Origin: Chiloscyllium plagiosum
Taxonomy: Eukaryota
DNA: 64,000 nucleotides
Direction: 5' to 3'
Assembly (NCBI RefSeq): GCF_004010195.1
Contig: NC_057719.1
Coordinates: 39,077,506 to 39,141,505 of the forward strand
Under the pieces are notes generated by a model. That model was not told where the DNA came from. It ran no database searches and worked only from the letters and a program-made list of their open reading frames with translations. Of this stretch, positions 51,801-60,800 are shown one piece after another; positions within the stretch are counted from its first letter, which is position 1, and each line of letters begins with the position of its first letter. The translations under genes were made by a program, and so were the position numbers.

Positions 51801-54800
51801 ATTGAAGAAAATATCCTCGAGGTCATAATCTCTGGATTACTGCCCGAGTCACGTGCAAATTGGAATAGGGAGAAGAAAATTAGAGAAGTAAACACATGGC
51901 TAAGAGATTGGTGTGGGAAAGAGGGATTCCATTTCATGGGACATTGGGATCAGTTTTGCCACCGGGGCAATCTGCACCAATGAGACGGTCTCCACCTGAA
52001 CCAATATGGAACCAGTGTTCTGGCCAAAAGGATTAATAGGGTGGTGACTAGGACTTTAAACTTGAGTCTGGGGGGAAGGGAAAGGGAAAGCAACATGGAG
52101 TATGGAGTCAAGTAGAAAGATAAGCAGCAGGTTAGCATGTGTGAAGGGTTTAAGTCCGAGGCAGACTAGGAATGAAGCAAAAAGGAAGAATAACCTAGGA
52201 CATATTACAAGAGGTGATGGAAATGATGAGGATAAGAAAATTAGCATTAAGGCACTTTACCTGAATGCTCGTAGTATTCGTAGCAAAGTAGATGAATTAC
52301 TGGGGCAAATCATCGTGAATGACAGGCAGTTAAACATCCAAGGATTTACAATTTATTGAAAAGACATGGAGGTGGGCAGAGGGGGCAAGGTTGCCTTGTT
52401 AGTTAAGAATGAAATTAAATCTATGGCACTGAATGACATAGGGTCAGATGATGTGGAGTCTGTGTGGGTGGAGTTGAGGAACCACAAAGGCAAAAAAACC
52501 ATAATGGGAGTTACGTACAGATCTCCCAGCAGTGGTCAGGACCAGGGGCACAAGATATACCAGTAAATAGATACGGCACGTCAGAAAGGCAAGGTCATGG
52601 TGATTATGGGGGACTTCAATATGCAAATTGACTGGGTGAATAATGTTGCAGGTGAATACAAAGAAAGGGAATTCATGGAATGCTTACAGGATGGCTTTTT
52701 GGAACAGCTTGTGATGGAGCCCACAAGGGAACAGGCTATTCTGGTCTTAGTGCTATGTAATGAGGCAGACTTTATAAAAGATCTTAAAGTAAGGGAACAC
52801 ATAGGAGGCAGTGATCATAATATGGTAGAGTTCAATCTGCAGTTTGAAAGAGAGAAGGCAAAATCGGATGTAATGGTGTCACAGTTAAATAAAGGTAATT
52901 ACAAGGGCACGAGAGAGGAACTGACAAAAATCAACTGGAAGTAGAGCCTAGTGGGGAAGACAGTAGAGCAACAATGGTAGGCATTTCTGTGTGCAATTGA
53001 GGACACAGTACAGAGGTTCATCCAAAAGAAAAGAAAGATTATCCTGGGGGAATTAGACAGCTGTGGTTGACAAAGGAAGTCAGGAAATGTATCAAAGAAA
53101 AAGAGAGAGCCTATAAAGTGGCCAAGAAAGTTGGGAAGACTACAAAAACAAACAGAGGATAACAAAGAGTGAGATAAGGAAGGAGAGGATCAAATATGAA
53201 AGTAAGCTAGCCAGTAATGTTAGAAATTATAGTAAAAGTTTCTTTCAGTACATAAAAAACAAACGAAAGACAAAAGTAGAAATAGAGCAGCTCCAAATTG
53301 ATGTCGGAAAGCTAGTGATGGGAGATAAGGAAATAGCTGCAGAACTTAATAAATACTTTGTGTCAGTCTTCACAGTGGAAGGCATGAGTAATATCCCAAC
53401 AATTAAGGAGAGTCAAGGGGCAGAGTTGAGTATGGTAGCCATTACAAAAGAAGAAGTGCTAGAACAGCTAAAAGGTCTAAAAATTGATAAATCTCCTGGA
53501 CCCGATAGGCTGCATCCTCGAGTTCTGAGGAAAGTCGCTGAAGAAATAGAGGAGGCGTTGGTTGTAATCTTTCAAAGATCGCTGGAATCAGGGAAAGTGC
53601 CAGATGATTCGAAAACCGATGTTGTAACCCCCCCCCCCCTTGTTCAAGAAAGGATCAAGACAAAAGATGGAAAATTATAGGCCAATTAGCCTAACCTCGG
53701 TTGTAGGTAAAATTCTAGAATCCATCATTAAGGATGAGATTTCTAAATTCTTGGAAGTGCAGGGTCAGATTAGAACAAATCAGCATGGATTTAGTAAGAG
53801 GAGATTGTGCCCGACAAACCTGTTTGAATTCTTTGAAGAGGCAAAAGGCCTTTGATAAGGTGCCTCATGGGAGGCTGCTGAGTAAGGAGAGGGCCCTTGG
53901 TGTTTGAGGTGAGTTACTGGTATGGATTGAGGATTGGCTGTCTGACAGAAGGCAGACAGTTGGGATAAAAGGTTCTTTTTCGGAATGGCAGCTGGTGACA
54001 AGTGGTGTCCCGTAGGGTTCAGTGTTGGGGCCACAGCTGTTCACTTTATATATTAATGACCTGGGTAAAGGGACTGGGGGCATTCTGATAAAGTTCACCG
54101 ATGTTACGAAGTTAGGCAGACAGGCAGGTAGTTCTGAGGAGAGAGGGAGGCTGCAGAAAGATTTAGACAGTTTAGGAGAGTGGTCCAAGAAATGGCTGAT
54201 GAAATTCAATGTGAGTAAATGCGAGGTCTTACACTTTGGAAAAAAGAATACAGGAATGGACTATTTTCTAAACTGTGAGAAAATTCATAAAGCCAAAATA
54301 CAAAGGGATCTGGGAGTGCTAGACCAGGATTCTCTAAAGGTTAAGTTGCTGGTTGAGTCTGTGATTAAGAAAGCAAATGTATTGTTGTCACTTATCTCAA
54401 GAGGGTTGGAATATAAAAGCAGTGATGTACTACTGAGACTTTATAAAGCTCTGATTAGGCGTCATTTAGAATACAGTGTCCAGTTTTGGGCCCCACACCT
54501 CAGGAAGGACATTCCAGCATCGGAGCGTGTCCACCGGAGATTGACACGGATGATCCCTGGAATGGTAGGCCTAACATTAAATGAATGGCTGAGGATCCTG
54601 GGATTGTATTAATTAGAGTTTTGAAGGTTGAGGGGAGATCTGATAGAAACTTACTAGATAATGCATGGCTTGGAAAGGGTGGACACTGGGAATTTGTTTC
54701 CATTAGTGGGGATACTAGAACCCATGGGCACAGCCTTAAAATTAAAGGGGCTCAATTTAAAATGGAAATGAGACATTTCTTCAGCCTGAGAGTGGTGGGC

Positions 54801-57800
54801 CTGTGGAATTCATTGCGATGGAGCGCAGTGGAGGGCGGAACATTAAATGTCTTCAAGGCAGAGATTGATACATTCTTAATCTCTCAACGAATTCAGGGAT
54901 ACGGGGAGAATGCGGGTAAGTGGCACTGAAATGCCCATCAGCCATGATTGAATGGCGAAATGGACTCTATGGGCCAACTGGCCTTACTTCCACTCCTATG
55001 TCTTATGGTATAAAAGTGTTTCCCAGTTTCATTCCTCAAATGACTAGTTGTAATTTTTAATTTGTGCTACCTATCCCTATACTTCTGGACCAGAGGAAAT
55101 AGTTTGTTCACAACTTCCTTTCTTCCCCTTAAAGCTCGGTATTCTAAACTGAAGAGGATATAATCCTGTTCGTGAAATCTTTCCTTGCAAGGGCGTTTGG
55201 AGCCCCTGAACCCTTGTGGTAAACCTTCTCAGCATTTGGTTCAAAGACACTAAATATCCTCTTTTGAGGTGTGGACCCCGAAACTATGTGTGTGTGTCAT
55301 CTAACAGGGCGTTGTATAGCTGCCATATGACTTTTACAGCCTTTGCATTTTAGTCTTCTTGACATAAAAACAAACATTCCATCAGTCTTTTTGATTATTT
55401 TATGTACCTTTTCATGACATATTAATTATCTGATTTCACGGACCCTCCCGTAACTTTTGTGTTTCATTATTTCTAGTTTTTATTTCAGCATTTAGAAGAG
55501 GCTTTGTTTTATTCTTTATAGGTCCAAAGTAAATAAGCTGACAGCTTCCTGCATTAAAATTAATTTTACACAATTGTCCCATTCATTGGATCTATCAGTG
55601 TTTCTTTATTAATTTTATGCTTTTGTCTATACTGCTTACAATGGCACCTATTGTATCGTTAGAGTGTTTGAATATGGCTTTTTATTTCAGCATACAAGTT
55701 ATCAATAAATGTGTTGAATAGTTGAGATCCTAACACATTTTTACAGGATGCCACTTATAACTTCCTGCCAGTTTGAGTACCTACACATTATGTCTACTCT
55801 TCCCTGTCACTCAAAAGATTTCGTAATCTGATTAGCAATTTGTCGTAAAGTCCATAAACTACACCACTTACTCTTGTTTATGGGGTATATAAATCAAATG
55901 GCACTTTGAGGTCCGTATGAAGAGCATCCTTGGACATTCCTCTATCCACTGCTTTAGTCACCTCTTCAAAAAATTCAGTTAAGTTTGGCAGGTATATCCT
56001 AGTCTCTGTATAATACCTAGAGTCGAGCTTAATCTTTTCGTTTCATCCCTGGGATGCAAGTATTGCTATAGAGGCCAACAATAATCATCATTATTTAATT
56101 GTGTTTGAGTAGATATGGGTAGGCCACCTTTTTGAACAGCTGCCATCTATGTGATGTGATATACCCACAGTGTCATTGGGTGTGCACTTCAGCATTCAGC
56201 AACAGTGAAGGAATGGAGATATTGTTGAAAGAGAGGATGGTGTGAGAATTACTAAGGAACTTCTTGTTCCCCTACACCTGCTACTCCTGCCTTCTAGAAG
56301 ACGGTGGTTGCAAGTTTGGAAGGTGCTGTTAAAGGAGCCTTGGCAAAGTGCTGCAAAGCATCTTGCAGATGGTGCTAATGGCCTTATTGCGCCAATGCTG
56401 GAGGGAGTGAATGTTTGTGTTAGATGGGTTGTCATTGCAGTCGATTGTGTTGTCCTGGATGGTTTCAAGCATCTTTAGTGCAGTTAAAGTTACACAGTGC
56501 AGAATTCCCAGCTTCTGACCTACTGTTCCATTCATCTGCATCTATCAAATCACAGTTTAATCTCAAACAAAAGCAATATATCATATGTGATGGTAAAAGC
56601 AGCAGAAAGGCTAAGGAAAATCCAGCCTAGTGTTGTAACACAATGTACACTCCAGGTGGCACTCAAAATCATTGGAAACAGCTAAAACTGAAAAAAGACT
56701 ATCTAAAGCATTCTATATTTTATTCACCCCACCCATCGACTGTTTTCTAATACATAGTAAGAATTTGGTATATTAAAAATGATAACTATCTTTATCTTCC
56801 TTCTGTTCCACCAGAGAAAATGTAGAGAAACTGAAGCAGGACAATGATGTACATGCCAACAAAATAGAAAAGACATTAAACAATGTTGTGAAACAACTCA
56901 ATAACAGTATCTCAAATGAAATTTTGCTTCAGTTGAAGGTATGTTGAGATTTGTGTTTTTAAATCGTTTAATCAGGAAGAATATTCAACTGAAATGGACA
57001 TTTTATTCTCCAGCTTTGTTTTAAGAAGTTAATCACAAAGAAGTGGCTGACCAATAGTGAGGATTTTAATCAGATAATAAGCATTGCTGAAAAGTACTGT
57101 GAGGAGTTCAAGAAAATGAAACCAGCCAATTACCAGGTATACTGTTTATAGTTCTTAGATCAAGCACTTAAATTTTTAATATTGCAAAAACAATGGCTAT
57201 TAATAATAAATGAAAAATAATTATTGCTTTTAATTAAAAGGTTTTGATATCTGGTATCCACTATCAGTTTGTTAAAGAATACATTGCACAAATCATGAAA
57301 CAACGCTTTAACTGCAAATCATCTAAAGAGCGTGACAAAGCAGCAAATAAAATCAAGGAAGAACTTGAGACAATAAATAAGATGTATGAAGAACATGTAA
57401 GTAATATAAATGTTTTTGTTTTGTTGACTATGTGCAGCAAACACTGGCTTATCTTAAACTTAGTTTCCCCTGGGGAGCCAAACCTCTTCAAGCATTATTC
57501 ACCAACTGTGTACAGATTAATTTATGTTTCATCTTTATTTTCTTTAGAAGTTGAACATTTCTTCAGACCTTCATACCAGTCATAAATATCACAATGACCC
57601 TGTGTGCCATATTTCATGTTCTTTGCATGTTTAAAATATACTTTTTTATCCAGAATATCTTTGCACTGTACTGAGAAGTAACAAAAAACCTTTAAGGTCA
57701 GCATTCAGATATTTTCTTAAACAATAACTCATGACACAGAAGTTTTCACATTTAGTGTGGTTAACCAGTTAAATGTTTCATTGGTCCCTTGAAAGAAACA

Positions 57801-60800
57801 AAAGTTTCTTTCCTTGAGGGAAGTAATCTATAGGTCCCCAAACAGTTGTCACGCAATAGGGCACAGGATAAACCAAAAATACTGGGGGCTTGTAAGAAAG
57901 GTATGGCAACAATCGTGGGTGATTTTAATATGCATATAGACTGGATTAATCAAATTGACATGGATAGCCTCAAGAGAGAATTTATTCAATGTATTAAAGA
58001 CTGTGTTTCTTAGAGCAATATGGTTTAGAACCAACCAAATAGCAGCCTGTTCTGGATTTGGTATTGTAATGTATTGGAATTAATTAATCTAATTGTAATG
58101 GATCTTATAAGGAAGAGTGATCATAGCATGCTAGAATTTAAAATTCAATTCAAGGTCAAGAAACTAGAGTCCAACATTATCATTCTGCAGTTAACTAAAG
58201 GTAATTCCCTAGACATGAGGACATATTTGGCCCAAGTACTCTGGACAGGAAAACTAAAAGGTAGGACAGGGTTAATGAGCAGTGGCATTTGTTTAAGGAA
58301 ATACTCAACTGCCCCCAGCTAAATCTATATTCCAGAACGGAAAAAAAAAGTTTGTAAGCAGGAAAAAAGATCATCCATAGCTAAGCAAAAAAGTTTTTTG
58401 ACTTATTATAAAGACAAAATCTAAGGTATACCATATTGTAAAGTCAAGTGGCAGGCTGGAAGATCCAGAAACTTTTAAAGATCAACAAAGAGTAACTGAA
58501 AAAAACTAATAAAAAGAATGAAGGTGAATTATGAAAGAAAACGAGCACAAGATATGAAAACAGATAACAAACGCTTTGATAAATAACATTTCCTTTTAAA
58601 GTGTGCAGCTTCGAGTGAATGTTGGTCCCTTAAAGGACAAGGCTGGGGAGTTAATAATGGAAAACACAAATGGCAGGGGCACAACATTAGTAGTTTCTGT
58701 CAGTTTTCATGGTAGAGAACACTGAAAAAATCTCAGCAGTATCAGATAATGCGGAGGTTAAAGAAAAGGCGGAACTTAAAACAATCACAATCATTAGGTG
58801 AAAAGGTACTGAGAAAATTATTGGGAGTAAAGGCAACCAAGTCCCCAGACCCTGATGGCCTGTGTCATTAGCTTACAAATGTTTCTATTGCTGTGGTGAT
58901 TTTTTTTAACATTGTTTTCAGCTCTCTCCTGTCATATATGTTCTTGCAGAATTTTAGGACCAAATAATTTAGACAAGTTCCAGTTCAGAGGGTCAGAAAG
59001 TTTATTTTTAAAAAATAAAGCTTTAGGAAACATTTCTAGAGTTTTGTTTGTGTTTCTAGTTTTTGATGATTCTGTGAAATTCTTGAATAGAGTTGCATGG
59101 ACAGAGCAGTGTTAATGAGGACAGAATATAATTAAACTAGATTATCTTGGAGGAAGTTCATACAGTCACATCCTAGAAATATCGGGATAAAACTCTGAAA
59201 AGAATTTGAAACTGCGTTTAAACTGATGCGTATAATAACCAGAAATACATTATCAGAGGTTTCAATCAGAGGATTTAACACAATAGTTACGTTAACATAA
59301 TCAAGGTGTTAGGAAAAGACTTTGTTTTCCTCTGATGTGATGTCTGTGAAGGTTGCCTTTGGGTACTGTATAAGGGATATCTTTGAAGTTATAAAGATTT
59401 TCTGGGCTAAATGACATTATACTGCACCATGTAATGTCCTGTCCTGAATTTATGTTATAAGTAAATAACTTGGTTTATTGTGTTTTATCTTCATCTCCTT
59501 TGCTAAATAAATTTGTTTTATTTTAAAATAAAATTTGTGTGCTCTGCTTGTAAGAGAGGACTTCATTAATAATAAAACATCATAAAATATAATTCATCAA
59601 GTTGGGTTTCAGTCTGGCATCTGACATGTTCAATAATACCATCAGCTAGGATCATAATATGTTAAATCCATTTATATTCTCCATCTCATTCATGTGAAAA
59701 ATTTGTCTTTCTCCTTTCTTTTAAGCAACAGATGTTCAGTTAACTGAATTAGAAGTGATTAATTAATAGCACTTAAATTAGACATAGTTTATTTCATTTA
59801 TTCACTATTCCTTCTCATTATGATCCCAGCTAATGGTAATACTGAACAAGTTGGATCCCAGAGTAAAATTAAATAATAGTTGTTTTTATATTTCTTTTAC
59901 AGTAGAGGTTAGTGACTAAACCTGTTCACAAGATGTTACCAAAATAAAACAGCATAACTTTTAACAGAAGCATATAAAAGTTTACTGCACAAAAAGAAAA
60001 ACTTATGAACTATATTTACAAGAACTAGCTAAAATCATCTGATTAGAAATATCAAAAGTTTTAACCCTCCTACCCCAACAACACATTTAGAGACCCAGCG
60101 GTCAATGACTGCATTGTAGGATGTCTTTCTGTCTTGCACCTCCACAAATGTTGGCTTTTGCAATTTTATTCTAAGCAACTCAGGATCCCACCTCCAGTCC
60201 TGTCCTCAATTGTTTGAAGACTTCTACTAAGAGTACTTCTGCTGTTTATAAATCTCTGTCACCTAAACTTGTTTCAGTTCCTCTTCCTCTTCCAGATTAA
60301 AACTCAAGTCAGCAAAAACCTTTATATTGTATGTACCTCCTTGGAGGGTGGGGTTATGCAAGACATTCAGGTAAACATTTTTTGGGATGCTATTTTTAGC
60401 TTGCTGATCAAAGTAACTTTCTGATCTCTATATTTAAAAAAAACAAGACTGATATTAATTAACCAAAAATTTATTCTTTAATACACTTTAAAACCCAAGT
60501 TGTCAAGTAATAAAAATGTATCATAAGCCTCTGTCACATAGCCTTATTTGAAATTTGCTAATTTTATGTACTACTTTTTTGGTTTGTTTTTCTGTAAAAT
60601 CCTGATATTAGTGGATTCCTGAATTTAACTTGAAAGCCTGATGAAAGGTATAGCTTACAAAAAGTTTTTTGTTTTAGGAAACACATCTGCAAATATTGGC
60701 AAGCCCAAAAGTGCATGTCAGAAATTCCAAAGAGCAGTGTCAGACATGTGAGGCAAAATGTGGAAATCACTGCAGATTTTGTCATTAAAGTAACAGAAAT

